From assembly GCF_009914755.1 (NCBI RefSeq), contig NC_060927.1: a stretch of 64,000 nt of DNA. One strand, given 5' to 3'. Shown here piece by piece: positions 27,917 to 44,630 of the stretch (the stretch's first letter is position 1; every line of letters starts with the position of its first letter). The position numbers and the translations under genes were made by a program. This DNA comes from the human T2T-CHM13v2.0 reference genome, Homo sapiens. Under the pieces are notes generated by a model. It worked only from the letters and a program-made list of their open reading frames with translations. It had not been told where the DNA came from and made no database searches.

Positions 27917-28402
27917 CCTAAATCTCAGTAACTTATTACAACAGAGATTTTCTCACTCATGCAAAGATCCATGTGAGTTGGGTGTCCTTACTGGATGACT
28001 CTCTTTCATGCAATAACCCAAGGATTCCATCTTGAGGCCCTACTATTTCAACACACAACTTCCTCAGACTCTGCCAAAGGGGATAAGAGAAATGGATAAG
28101 GCATACAGCTTTTAATGACCTTTGCCCATGTCACTTCCATTCCAAGTCCATTCGCCAGAACCAGTCACATGGCCAGAACTAGTTATGTGGTTCCAACCTA
28201 AATGCAAAGGAGGCTGAGAACTGTTGGGGAGCACATGCATATTTTGTGAGCACAAATAACCTCTGCCATAATCCTACTCCTCCTTCAAGCCCCAGATCAA
28301 AGAGCACGTCCTCTGTGAAGACTGGCACAGCTTCTTTTGCCCCCCTCCCAAGGATAACAAATTGCTTCATTCTTTATGTTTCCACAGTGTTTACATATAT
28401 AT
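27917..28402 (-). repeat. Inverted paralogous copy of 23720-24592 (L2 plus MLT1J junction, without THE1)
   Basis: Reverse complement aligns continuously across both the LTR and its L2 flank; roughly 80% identity by eye. Confidence 0.85.
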
Positions 28403-28480
28403 ATTTAGATAACTGATACTGAGGCCCAAGTGGCTTAAATTTGAGCCTTATGAAATGTAAAAATGACTACATTGGTCTTC

Positions 28481-29050
28481 TGTAATGGACATCTGTTATT
28501 TTTGTGCCCTTGGCACCCATTCCCCTCCTTTTCTTTGGAGAAAATCTGTCCTCTACCTTTAGTCTATGGCTCTGGGAAGTGCTGACCAACGTCTCAGCTC
28601 CAGGGGAGCACGTGACCAATCAGCATATCCCATTCCCTGGACATTGTGCTTGGTGCAGGGATGAGCAGGTTCCTCAAGCTGGTGTAATGGGACTCCATGC
28701 CAGGAATTTGGTTAGCATTTTTAAGAGAGAGAACCTTCTTTTTTTTTTTTTTTTTCACTTCATTTCATAGCTGTAGGAGTAATGGGAGCTGGGGCTTTCT
28801 GAGGCCTCCTGTCAGAAGTCTTGCTTGAGAATGACGCCAACACAGAAGAAAGACCGAGAGAGGAAGAAACACAAGTAGAAAGAGAGAGAGAGAAAGCTGA
28901 CAATATAATTTGAGCCATGAGCTCCTGGGGTTAACTAGGCCAACCGCCATTCTTTCTTGAACTTTTCAGTGAAGTAATTACATTTTATTTTGTTAGCTTG
29001 TGCCATTTTTAGCAGGATTTTCTCTCCTATGTAACCAAAAGATCTCTGAA
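28481..29050 (+). mobile_element. MLT1K/L-like LTR
   Basis: tgtaatggacatctgtt...ctccaggggagcacgtgacc...tggtgcagggatgagcagg...tgtaaccaaaaga. Confidence 0.7.
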
Positions 29051-30265
29051 TTTTCCAACAGCTGAAACTGTAACTTGCTAAAACACCAAAATCTATTGAT
29101 AATACGAGTAAGAGAGGTAGCATAAGATATGTTCCTTACTAAGAATAAATGGAGACAGGGTTCATTCAATAATGACTGTCCTTAGGCATACTATTTCAAG
29201 GAGATTGAGTATAGACAAATATCATCTTGCTTACTTGTGCCATCTTTTCTTTTATTGCTTTTCTCTCCCTCTACTTACTCTCTTGATTACTTTGTCTGTC
29301 ATAGGTGTGTTCTTTACTCCTCAAATCTGAGACTCACCACCTAATCCAACTGATTTCATGCCCAGTATCTCATCAGCCATTGAATCCTGGGTTTGTTCTT
29401 GATTTGTTGTGAATTTTGGGAAGTCTTGAATTTTTTTTTGTTTACTATTCTTTTGACTCACTAATAAAACAGAAGATTTGAGAGTGACCCTGCAGGAAAA
29501 CATTTGAGATTAACTCATCATGTAGCATAAGCATCTTCTGTGTGTGGATTACTTAGACCCAGTGATGCTATACTAGTGCATTACAAAAGCCCTCACGGAG
29601 GTGGGCCTCAGGATGACTTCTCCACAACCTCTGTAGCCTTGCTCCCTTCCTAAGTAGATGATGACTGTTTTCATCCCTCCTTACACAAAGGTGGGGCCTT
29701 TCCTTCCTTTTCTTCTAGTATTCTTACTATCTCTTCCTATCCACATTCTTCCATCTTCCCCAAATACATCAAAAGGTAGTGAAAGTTCACTTACTCTGTT
29801 TGAAGCTTTGTTTCCCCATGTTTGAATATGAATAATAATGTTTACTCACTAGAATTGTCATGATGAATCAGAGATTAAGATTAGCTATGTAGAGTGAACC
29901 ACCCAAAGCCTGGTACATCCCAGATGCAAACATACATTAGTACTCTAACATTTCTGTTAGACATGGTTGTCTACCAGAAAGACTATTTTGTCTATTAAAG
30001 TAGTTGATAGTGTGGTGTCCTTATCATCGCTGTCTTCTTCTTATAGTTTAATTCATTTTGAGAATTGCTGAATTTTCAATGGTGCACTCATCTCATGCAT
30101 GGAGTCTCATTTGAGAACATGGCATTGCCCCTTTCCTTCCATGTACATGTCCTAGTCTGTCACAGAAATGAAAAACAATGAGAATCCCTCCTCTTGGCTA
30201 ATCTCTGAAGCATTAATTTTTTTCTGGGTTACCTTCAACCACTAGTCTTATGTTGCTGCCTCAAG

Positions 30266-30561
30266 CAGTTTCTAGGTGTTCTACAGAATATCAACTCCAT
30301 GAACTATTTATAGGTGCCAGGATACACATAAAATGTTCCACAGTTTAATAAATTTGTGAGTAACTTGGTTTAATCTAAGTAAATCAGTCTTCTGAAGGAC
30401 TTCCCCGAGTCTTTTTGTGCTAATGTGTATTGCAAACCTGCAAGAGAGGTCAGGGAGATACAGTATGCAATATTTCTCAAACTCATTTGGCTACAGAGCC
30501 TATTATTAGTGGAACCTCTCATGGGACAAGTATTCTAGGAAACATATTTAGGGAAATGCTG
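30266..30561. mobile_element. MER112-like hAT-Charlie MITE
   Basis: aggacttccccgagtc...tgctaatgtgtattgcaaacct...cagtatgcaatatttctcaaactcatttgg...gggaaatgctg. Confidence 0.65.
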
Positions 30562-32520
30562 ACCTAGTGTTTTACATGACCTAGACGATGCTCTATGACC
30601 ATCCTCTTCTTTATTCCAGGAATGTCACATTTTATATACTCTTCCTCAGTTGTCTTTTCTATTTTGTGCCTGCTCCTCCACCTTTGCTTAATTCCTGCTG
30701 GATAGATTTAAGTCACAGGCTGGATGATAAAAGACAGTGATTAGTTGACCAAGGAGAAGAATGAATAGTCACACCAGTGCATGGTGATAAATATTTGCAA
30801 TATGTTGAATACACCTTTGCTGCTTTTCTTTAAACTGATAAAGTAAACGGGTGAAGATAACGTTGTCACTATTCTTCTCTAGGACTTTTCTTCTGATTGG
30901 AATATGAGAGGCTAACTGGGGTCTTAAATATAAAGAAATCTTTTGGGAAAGTGTTCTAATTTTTCATTGTAAGAGTACATATCAAAATATATTTGCCTAT
31001 AGTCATTTGATTTTTTATGGCTTATCTGTTTCTAATTTGCTTGCAAAAACCTGGGTGGATAATTTAGACCAGGCCAAAAGATAGAATTTTCATGTACACA
31101 ATAACTAGTACATTGATTCAAGAAACAATCATTTACTTATTTATGCCTTTTCTGTCTCTAAAGTATAGCACATCATTAAGTAATGTTGGTAAAGATTTCC
31201 ACCTCCCCCCGTTTTGGGGTTCCCCTTTCACTGTGTTCTAGGTAAAGCTTTGTGAAATGAAATTATCTCATTTCACACCTTGTAACTAATTTAAAAAATA
31301 TTTTGCCCTCCAGATGACTATAGATCTGGATTAAATTAGGAGGTCAGAATTAATGCCCTTGCTTTTCTTTTTCTTTCTTTGGTCTTAGCAGCTTTCTCTT
31401 TCTGATGAAAAGAATATGATTTTCCTAAAAAAGCCTGCTCTTCTGAATTTTATATAGTCCAATAAGAGAAAACACAGCCTACTTACTGTTTTCTTTGTCT
31501 TCATTTGTAAAGTGATATCACCTCTATGATAGGTATATAACCTTATTGGCAACATGTAAATAAGGTACATCCTTCCTGTGATTGCTTTTAACTTTTTACA
31601 TGAATTTAATTCTAGAATTCTCCATTTGTGCTCTCAATGTGTTTTTAGCCATTTTAGGAAGGCAGTAAAGTAAAAGAATTTAAAAGCAGATTAGCTCATT
31701 TTTAAGAGGAGTTAAATAAGAAATGTATAGAATTTCTCTTTTATGGAATGTACATTTTTATAACACATGGGCCCTTTATATTATATTTATAGTGATTTAT
31801 AACCATGAATATGTTTATCTGAAATGGACTTAGAGGTGAAAATATTCTATATGTATGTGTGTGTGTGTTTCTCCCTTAGATATGTTGATTTAGTAGTTCT
31901 GGGATGAGGCCCCAGCCTCTAAAATTTTAAAAGCCCTCTTGGATTTTCCTATTGTACAACCAGTTGAGAAGTACTGATTTAGAATGTTCTGTTTGGAAAT
32001 AATTTCTTGTGTGAGAAGGCTGTCTCATTTTGTGGCTGACAGGACAAAGGCAAACAGAGATGAAAGAATTTTTGTGAAAACCACACAGCAAGCCCTTGGG
32101 GGTGCCAGCAACAGACACAAGAATTGTTTCTTTTTAGTCACTCTCTTTTCAACCAGAATAAATGACCAAGGTGTATGTAGGCTAGGGCCCTTGTTGTGGT
32201 TAACTTAATTGCAGAAGAATATAATTCACACCTTGCCACCCACTTAATTCTCTTCTAGAAAAAATAGGTCCAAATTGGCTGGAGCAGAGAATGTGCATAG
32301 AGATACCCTGAGGATCCAGGTAGGAATTTCTGTTTTTTTCTAATTCAGTGTAGTTTTAGATTTGTTTGGGTTTCAATGGGCCAGCTAAGCAGAATATTTG
32401 GTCATCAGTAGTCATGACTTGTCTAAATTTCCCCCTCATTTCCTGCCTTCATCAACTCATACTCCATCCTCTTCATTATGGTGTAAAAACACAATGAAAA
32501 GGAATGGATAACAAAGACAT

Positions 32521-32814
32521 TCTCTTTTTTTCTCGACAGGGTCAGGCTGGAGTGCAGTGCCACAGTCTCAGCTCACTGCATTCACTGCAACCTCTGCCTC
32601 CTAGGCTCAAGCCATCCTCCCACCTCAGCCACCCAAGTAGTGGGGACTATAGGTGCACAACACCACACTTGGCTAATTTTTGTATTTTTTGTAGAGACAG
32701 GGTTTTGTCCTGTTGCCCAGGCTGGTCTTGAATTCCTGAGCTCAAGCAATCTGCCTCACCTGCCTTGGCCTCCCAAAGTGCTGGGATTACAGGCATAAGC
32801 CACCACAACCAGCC
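32521..32814 (-). mobile_element. AluJ
   Basis: J-type ggctcaagccatcctcccacctcagcc and gagctcaagcaatct; small deletion near the tail. Confidence 0.9.
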
Positions 32815-33264
32815 GACAGTGCACTTCAGAAGTTAGGATTTTGACTACATTGGATCAGTTCTTCACCTTCTTTGTCTATAAGAACAGGATGTTAAAGTCA
32901 ACATAAGTATTATGCAGGTCTCATTTTCATGGTAGCTGCAGAATGCAATCTTGACAGATGGAACTCTATAATTGTATGTCTAGAGGTAGTATAAAAGCGT
33001 CCTTTCTGGTGGTGAGAGGTGGCTTTATGAGAAGGTAAGGCCAAGCAATAGGTTTTTCCTGGAATTTTCATACCTTGTCATTCTGAACAATTTACTGTTA
33101 ACCGTATGTGTTTAAGAAAAGCATGCTTCAATGGAATTTAAGCATGACATCCCTTCCTTCATTTCCACAGATAAGAAGTAGATGCCCATAGATTCTGGGT
33201 AATATTCAGGCCTTAATAACATTACCAGACATTGAGTCCATTAATGGATGCTGAGGGTAGGGTA

Positions 33265-34020
33265 GTAATAACAATAGTAAACTTTTATTGAGTGTGTGCC
33301 AGCCATTAATGTTTTATACAGATTACTTTATGTAATCTTTACAAATCCTTATGTAGAAGGGTAGTGTGTATTCACTGTTTTAGGCCACCCAGATTCTCTC
33401 TCCCTTTCTGTTAATAAGTGCACCCAGATTTTCATTTCTACCCCCTGGATATTCGCTGTGCTTTGAGGGAAATAGATCTCATCCTCATCTCCAGGTTGTT
33501 CCCTGATTGACTTAAGTCAAGTGGCAAATCCCATTCTCCAGGCAACAGTGACTAGTTCAGGTATGATCATGTGACCCAATTTGAACTAGTTAGATCTTGG
33601 AGAAATTTTCTGGGGGATCCTGGGTCTTCTGTAGAAATATCTGGAGAGACATACCCATCATGTGAAATATTAATGCGGAAGCATGGAATCTGCTTAGTGG
33701 GGGCAGCCTTGGGTAAAAGTAACACCAAAGAAGTTAATAAAGAAAAAGAGAAAGAAACTGGAACATTGTTGATTTCACTGATCAGCTAGATTAAGCCTCA
33801 ATTAAAGCCTATATGACTTTTAGGTTTTTTAGCCAGTAACTTCCTTTCACATTTAAGTTGAATTGGATTTTCTGCTTCTGGCAACCAAAAGATTCCTAAC
33901 AGGTTTTGAGAGTAAAATCTTTATTTTACTGATAAGGAAATTGGCTGAGAGAATTTGAATACTTTCCACAATTCAATAGAAAAAGTAAATGAGAGATTAG
34001 GGTGGTTTGATTACAAAATC
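33265..34020 (-). mobile_element. MIR split by an MLT1K-like LTR (33365-33903, + strand)
   Basis: MIR halves at 33265-33364 and 33905-34020 flank an LTR ending gcaaccaaaagattcctaac. Confidence 0.65.
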
Positions 34021-34348
34021 TATGAACATACCTGATATCTTGAGAAGGTAGAAGATAATGTTATTGCTAAGGGTAGAGTCCTAGAAAATAATGTTTTCCT
34101 TCTTTTTCTTACTCCTGATGGAATGTGAATTTAACTTGTGAAGAATGTGTAAGAAATTCATTTGAAATCTTGAGCTGTATATCCTTTGTTTGATATAATT
34201 TTCTATGTATGGATTTTGGAGTGGCTATATGAGCCAAAATATCTTACTGGAGAAATCATTATAAATCATTTTGTTATGAGCTCATCATATGTAATTTTTA
34301 GTATTAGTTTTTAGAACAGGATTGGATTTAAGTATATTATCAAATCTG

Positions 34349-35408
<1,060 letters not shown>

Positions 35409-36343
35409 GCCCTAGAAGTTTTCTCAAAATTGGAGACTTGGGTGAAATTATTCTGCTTAAGGCCAAGGTTCTAAAGATGTGAGAAACCACATCAGTTAGT
35501 AATCATTATTTAGGTAACTAATTATTCCTAGGAGTGATCTTAAATTGTGTTTTAAATTTTCTATCACTTCAGTTGTAGCAATTAAGGATAAATGATTATC
35601 TTAAATAATTATTTAATAAATAGTTGGTTTTAAGGTTAAGAGTAATAAGGTGCTTAAGAGTGAGATACATCTTCTGTGATTTAGTGAACCACATTATAGG
35701 ATGCATGACTCCTGAAACCATGAAGCTGTGGCTTGAGCAGTTGGGAGCAGTTTACCTGGATTGAAAAAGAAATTAGTGCCTAGAAGGAAGGATTTTGTTT
35801 AGTGTGTTAACCTTACTATATCTTCTCAAGGTGATGGTAAACCTTGAGGTATTTGCCTAGCTATTGAGCATCAAAACAATTCTTATTTTCTCTTAACAGA
35901 ATGAAAAGGAGCAGCGCTCTTAGTAGCTATGGCATTTTAGTCATTTTAGGTTGACTGCAATAGATTTCTCATAAAATTCTGTGCAAAGTGCCAGAATGTT
36001 AGTTATTCCATCAGTAAGAATGAGCATAAGTAATAATACTGATGTAAATAATCATCCTGTAAACTCTTTATTGCTAAGGAGTTCAACATGAGGTCATGTG
36101 TTGTGAACATCTGGTTGAATGACTGAACTGTGAATTTTCAAGGTCTTGTGAAGAAGGGTGAGAGCTGCCTGCTATCTTTAGGATTTCTGTCTCTTTTTGA
36201 AAACACCCCAGATAGTCAGTGTAGATAAATAAGGAAATTAACCTGGCAGTGCTAAAGGTGATCAGAAAACTGTCTTCTTCATTCCTGCTTAGGAAAGGTA
36301 TTGATGAAGAGAGCACTTCTAGTTATCAGGGTACTTGATAGAT

Positions 36344-36808
36344 TGTGGTAGATTGCAAAATGGCCACAAATTCCTCCCACCCCTCTATGCATACCCTTTT
36401 GCAAAATAACTTTGCCACTTCTATCCAAGAGAATTCTGTTTTCTCATCCCTCAAATTTCATCTTGGCCACGTAACTTGCTTTCCCCAGTGGGACATCAGC
36501 AAGGGGAGACATGTAAAGAACCAGTGCAGTGTGTTTTGCCCCTTCTTGCTACCCTTGGGAACTTTCCTCTGTAATCACCTTCATGTGAAAAAGCCTGGCT
36601 CACCTGCCTACTGGAGGGTGAGAAATTCCTCAGCTGACAGCCAACAGTGGTTGACAGCCATCCCTACCTCCAAACATTAGAGATAGGCTATTCTAGTTCT
36701 TTCAGACCCCAATCAACACACAGACTTGTGACCAATAATAAAATGGTTCTTGTTTTAAGCTCCTAAATTTCAGAGTGGTTTATGATTCACTGAAAGCTAA
36801 CTGATAGA
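36344..36808 (+). mobile_element. MLT1G/H-like LTR
   Basis: tgtggtagattgcaaaatggccacaaattc...ttgttttaagc...gctaactgata. Confidence 0.8.
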
Positions 36809-36851
36809 GAGCAAATCTCTTTAAAAGTTTTTGATACTTTCATTTTTATGA

Positions 36852-37203
<352 letters not shown>

Positions 37204-37225
37204 GCAAAAACGTTTCTTGCTCCTT

Positions 37226-37830
37226 GTAGCAGACACATCTCTCTGGTCTCATCAGATTCATTTGGCTTAATCAGCCTGCTGTACCTCAACTCACTTGCTC
37301 TGTCTCAGCTGCTGCCATAGCTACCCGACTCCCTGTGGGCCTATAGGGTCCTGTTGCCTGAGGCTGAAGGCTGTTGGCCCAGTCTCTCTGACTCTTCCCA
37401 CCACTTCTGAATGTGGAGGAAACACCATGTCAGATCTGGCTTCCTGAGTGGCTGCTGAAGGGGGCAGGTGATTTGGCCCAGAGTGCAGGGGCGTTAACTC
37501 CCTATGGCTCAAACTTTGAAGATCGGAGATGGAGACAGGAGGGAGGTGAGCAGATAAATTCTCTCTCTTTCCTCTCCCTGACGGGCTTTCTGAGAGTGGT
37601 TTCTCTGCAAAGCCTGTCTGGATATGTCCTTTATCTACCAAGCAACCGGCAGTGTCCTTTTCAAGGCTTCTCTTGAAGCTGTGGCCCACACAGTGATATA
37701 TTACCTGGGATTTCTTCCAACTTCCTCTGTCTCACTTCCCTTTTCCCTCACTCTCCCTATCCTGGGACTATGCCTTCCAAATAAAGCACCCAATCTCAGG
37801 CTGTGATTTTTAGGGAGCACAGATTGAGAT
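37226..37830 (+). mobile_element. LTR16-family ERVL LTR
   Basis: Starts tgtagcagacac; ends tcacttcccttttccctcact...aaataaagcacccaatctcaggctgtgatttttaggga. Confidence 0.65.
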
Positions 37831-38238
37831 TCTCTATTCTTAGCATGTCAGACATTTACTGGTGTTAAGGATACTCCTAGCTCAGTATACACTTGTTGCA
37901 GTCAGTTGAAGGGTTTAATCAGAAACACTGAAAGTGTTACGTGGAGCATTAGACTGACAGAGGTCAATCAAATCTTGGCTCCATCATGGTGAGAAAAGCC
38001 TTATTTATGATGCTGCTTTCTGTGGGTCATATTAATTCATTAATTTATTGTCAATTAATGTATTTGCTTTTGTGGAAGTGATTCACTCACGTTTCAAAAG
38101 TTCAAATACTTCAAAAAGTGAAATGGAAGTGTCTTTCCCACTTTCTACCCTAGCCTTCTGCTTCTATTTCCCAGAGGACAACCCCGGGAAATACAAAATT
38201 TTCTTTTCTATTCTTACTGAGATATTCTTTGAACATAC

Positions 38239-39328
<1,090 letters not shown>

Positions 39329-39517
39329 TTTATTTTTAAAGACATTATTTTTAAATAATAAATTATTAAAAAATAAATTATTTTAAAACAATTATCATTA
39401 TTATTATTTACATACTGTTCCACTCCTTGCTTTTCTCATTTGACCATGTGTCCTGAAGATCATCCCAAATTATTTCAGAGAGAGCGACCCCAGTCTTTTT
39501 AATGGTTGCACAATTTT

Positions 39518-39641
39518 CTTCTTCTTATTATTATTCTTTAAGTTTTAGGATACATGTGCACAACATGCAGGTTTGTTACATATGTATACATGTGCCATGT
39601 TGGTGTGCTGCACCCATTAACTCGTCATTTAGCATTAGGTA
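39518..39641 (-). mobile_element. Short 3' fragment of a young L1PA
   Basis: tttaagttttaggatacatgtgcacaacatgcaggtttgttacatatgtatacatgtgccatgttggtgtgctgcacccattaactcgtcatttagcattaggta. Confidence 0.92.
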
Positions 39642-42189
39642 GCAGAGTTTATCTAAAGAGTCCCCTAGTAATAGACATTTTACTTGTTTCCAATTTTGAG
39701 ATTGCCAAGACACTGCAATATATTATACATACGTCTCTGAGCACATTGTGATTCTATCTGTAGGATAAATTCTTAGAAGTGGGATTGCTGAATCAAACGG
39801 GGGTGTGTGCCTTTTATATTTTGAAATTGCCAAATTGACATGTATTTTCTTGATCTGTTTCAGTTCTTTGCCTTAAAATGCCGTCAATATCTAATCTGTC
39901 TAAGTGTATTCTCCTACATCTAAGAAGATGGAGGTTTAACAGCCATGTGGGGGGAGATGTTAGCTGACTCATCAAACAGAAGAATTGGGGGTAGGAGTTT
40001 GAAGGGAAGAAAAAAGGAACTGATTTGAAGCAAGGAGACAATTGGAGGTGTGCCAAAAGCAACACCCTTTCATCATTTCGGGAAGCAAATTCTAGGAGGT
40101 ATCATGAGCATTGCAGTGATCAAAAAGGCAGAGGAGAAGAACAAAATCTGCTGTAGGTAAAGCCAGTACCAGGCAGTGAAGGGACTAATTAGGAGAGTAA
40201 AGAGACAAAGGCCCGGCTCTCATATATGGAGTAGATCTTTAATTACTTTAAATAGGTTAAAGATTCATTACAAATTATGATTTTTCTCCCTGGACATCTT
40301 CTGATGACAATAGACACTGTTTTCTTCTCCTCCAACTTGTATACAATCAGAACAGCCTCAGTGACTCATACAGTGTCTCTTCCAAACCTCAGGGAACTTT
40401 ATTCCTCTGACTGTAGCTTTCCAAAGTCAGCCCTTTTCCATTCTTTTGGTTCTTCCTTCAGTTAGGAGCACACCTCCTAATGCATATCTCCAGGGAATTG
40501 GGAGGTGTTCTCTGTCCCATGCCCAAGAGGGAGGGCTGCAGTGAGAGACAGTTCCATCTGCACAAAGCAACTGGTCTCTGATATTGAAAAGTATAAAGGG
40601 CTGACAGCTCATTTATTCTCAGACATTCCCTGAACTGTACACTTGCTGATGCAATTCTGTTTCCCCTCCACTCACTCACTTGACTCTTGGTTTTAAAGAT
40701 ATTGCTTGCAGTGCTCTTATCACCTCAGCAGAGTTACTTCAATGAAGGGCAGATTTCTCTGCTTAAAACAAGAGTGTAGACATGTTGAGGCAGAGGTAAT
40801 AAGAATACCTAGTTGTGAATGTAAACTCCATAATCTTACCAGAGTTGCCTTTTCTTCAGTCTCTGTTGTTTTATCTAGAGGAAAGAATAGATAAAAACTA
40901 ACATTATACAGAAATTATGTATTTTAATAGATGAAAAAGAGCAACGTAATTTAGAACTCTATAATTCAGATTGAACTAATCAAACCCCCTTTTTAAAAGA
41001 CAAGACAGTATTTTCACTCATTAAACATTTTGCCACAACATGTTCTTAGATATATATCGTGGCAATTTTCCCCCCTAAGTTAGGCACAAGAATAGGTCTA
41101 TGAGTTAGGAATCCTATGCTAGGGTAATCCTGGGACTACTTGAATCAAACACTCCAAATGCATATTACAATCATTACCTATTTGAACTTTCTGCCTGGAG
41201 CAAGTGTATTAATATATATCCTGATAGCATCAGGCTAGATGTGCCTATCACAATTTTGCATTCTCCATCTCCCAAATGGAATAAAAATAATTCTGTTCTA
41301 TTTTTATATAGCCTGGTAAGAATAGTTAGAATAATAGCCCAGCGTTTTCCACACTAGAAACAATTACTTTGCGTGGTTTGGCCTTCAAAGTTTAAACCAT
41401 CTTGAAAGAAACTGAATGGTCCAGAGAGTTTGGATCCATCTAAGTGAAGGAACAAAAATAATATTTGATGTGTTTAATCATTGTTTAAATAAGTGGTCAA
41501 ATTTTTACCCAGAGAGACCTTTTTTCCCAATAAATTCTTTAGTGGAACCCAAATGCATATAAAACAGATGAAGCCTGGAGTTATGTCTGCATGCATCCCT
41601 CTTCTCTGCTCCTTGCCCTCCCAACTTTCCAAGTCTAGATGTCACGGAACCCAGAGCTGGACAGAGCTGTCAGGGGCTGTACGTCACTGCACCATCAATA
41701 CCCATACAGCATCTGGCACATCAAGAGTGCCCAGTTGTTGCCTGTGAAATTACACAGAACTTAGCATTATAGAAACCTGTGCATAAGATGTGCTAGGTGG
41801 AAATTCCTGGAGTTCCTATTTAAAAAAATTGATCCAAATGAGATCCATGTCTTTCAAGTATATGTTTTTTGGCAACATTTAAAAGGGTTTATGAGGCTTA
41901 CTTTGGGAATGTCAGGCTAATATAATTATAAGGGTCGTAATCCACTTTAAGGCAAATGCAGCTTTTAGGGTGACAGGGGACAAAGTCACCTGTTGGATAG
42001 GAAGGAAGAATGAGAGGACATTAATACTTGCTCATTCATGTACTACTAAAGTTATTTGGCTCCTCTGCCTGGCTGATATGTCCTCAAAAGCTGGGTGCTA
42101 AATTAAAGATGTCACCTTCCCATACAAAGACGTGTGTGTGTGTGAGTGTGTGTGTGTTTGTCATTTCTTGATCAAAGGCTTATGGTAGA

Positions 42190-42630
42190 GTTGTGAACAG
42201 GCAGATGAAGGGCAAAATCTAGCCTAGACACTCTGCCTCACAGTGTTTTAAAAATAATTTTGAACTCATTGCCAAGATTTTTAAAATGGGGAGATTTCAC
42301 ATATCAATCCAGATTTCCAGTTTCTCTTGAAAAAGTAAAAGATTTGACAATACTGTGAGCCCACCTTCTTCTTAACCAGTTGTTCCCAAAGCATAGTTCC
42401 TAGACCAGCAGCATCAGCATCAACTAGGAACTTGTTAGAAACTCTGGGGGTGGGGCCCAGCAGTCTCTGTTTAATAAGCCACCCAGGTGATTCTGATGCA
42501 TGCTTACATTTGAGAACCACTGCTGTTCACTAGAATTAAGCAGAGCTTGATGGTGTATGTGCTTTCCACCTAGGCTGTTCCACTCATTCATGCAGTCATC
42601 TGGCCCTTATGAATATTTCAGGTTTTTTTT
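42190..42630. mobile_element. MER102-like hAT element hosting MER5A
   Basis: tttaaaatggggagatttcacatatcaatccagatttccagtttctcttgaaaa...; resumes after MER5A. Confidence 0.65.
42377..42522. mobile_element. MER5A MITE
   Basis: cagttgttcccaaag...accagcagcatcagcatca...ccaggtgattctgatgca...tttgagaaccactg. Confidence 0.9.
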
Positions 42631-43315
42631 TAAAATGTGTGTGTGTGTATGGATGTGATCATCTAGTATGAAGGCATGAGATTTTCAAACCTCTGATTTT
42701 GAATCTGAGGCCCCAAAGATCTGAGGTCATTCAGAGATCTTTAGGAACCCTAGCACCATCCCATAGGCATATCAGATCTGACTTTTCATCTTCTTTTAGC
42801 TACTGCCCATGTGGCAGTATGAGAAAACTCAATTAGTACAAACAGATAAGGGCCTATTAAAGTCTTGGGAAGAAGAGAGCACTGGTTGGAGTTCATAATG
42901 CATACAAGTAAAATGGTCAGATAAAGTTTTATTTAATTATGTTGCAGGCGGGAAAAGAGTCACAAGTAATTTTCGTATATTTAAATGTGTATTTTTAATG
43001 AACTTTTCAGAATGTCTGTATGGTTTCTGCTGGTTTGTCAGACAGCCACCAATTACTCAGTCTCACCCTAAATATAAACAAGGCATTATTTCATTATCAG
43101 GAACATCTACTGAAGCAGACTCTCTATATGTCAGTTAGCCTTCTAAATAGTTTCCAAGCATGAGTTGCATATGGAGGTATCCTCAAATCAGCCTTCTGTT
43201 TTACTTGGCCAACTGTTATGATGTAGATAACTATGATTCTTAGATCAACCTAAGTTGTTTTTATCTCTTTCAGGCCCTGGAGATAATATTTAGCTTCTTG
43301 AAGTAATTATGAAAT

Positions 43316-43680
43316 TGTATTAGTCTGTTTTCATGCTGCTGATAAAGACATACCCGAGACTGGGTAATTTATAAAGAAAAAGAGGTTTAATGGACTCACA
43401 GTGCCATGTGGCTGGGGAGGCCTCACAATCATGGCAGAAGGTGAAAGGCATGTCTTACTTGGTGACAGGCAAGAGAGAAATGAGAGAACCAAGCAAAAGG
43501 GGTTTCCTCTTATAAAACCGTCAGATCTTGTGAGGCTTATTTACTACCAAAAGAACAGGATGGGAGAAACTGCCCCCATGATTCAATTATCTCCCACCAG
43601 ATCCCTCCCACAACACATGAGAATTATGAGAGCTACAATTCAAGATGAGATTTGGGTGGAGACACAGCCAAACCATATCA
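43316..43680 (-). mobile_element. THE1B-like solo LTR
   Basis: tgtattagtctgttttcatgctgctgataaagacatacccgagactggg...cagccaaaccatatca; perfect TSD gaaat (43311, 43681). Confidence 0.95.
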
Positions 43681-43699
43681 GAAATAATATTTATTAGAG

Positions 43700-44065
43700 C
43701 TCATCAAACATCCAAGTCTTCTATACTTCCCAGCCCCAAGGCAGGTAGTTGGGTCATGTGGCTAATTCTTAACAATGGAATGCATATAGAAGTGCCATGT
43801 CAATTCTGGTCTGAGGCAGTTAAGAGGGGATAAACCTTCTCCATGCTTTCACTTTTCCTGCTTTGGCAATTTTGGGAACAAGTATTCCAGACAATAGAAT
43901 TGCAAAGTGAAGGCATCTTGGATCCTCAATTTGCCATCTGAAAAGATGTTATGTAGGACAACTACTATCTGATCCACTTCAGGTTCTGACATGAGCAAGA
44001 ATTAAGCCTTTGTTGTGTTAAACTTTGTTACAGCAGGACTGCCTGTCCTATCCTGACTAATATAG
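43700..44065 (+). mobile_element. MLT1J-like LTR
   Basis: acttcccagcc...gggtcatgtggctaattct...tgagcaagaattaagcctttgttgtgttaa...cctatcctgactaata. Confidence 0.7.
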
Positions 44066-44307
44066 CCTGTTTAAAACTCTGAGAAGCTAGCTTGGCTGAG
44101 GAACATACTGGGGCTTCAGTGGGAGCCAATATGAAAGGAAAAAAAGCTTGGACGGACATATCTGTAGAGCTAGCCCTTGAAGGGAGTTCATTTGACAGTG
44201 TCTAGAATGATGCTTCTTCTAGACTAAGGTCAGTACCAAAGAACATTTGATCTAATGAGCAGGACACAGTAGCAAAATTCTCTGGGCAGTGATGATACTT
44301 ACAATCA

Positions 44308-44630
<323 letters not shown>

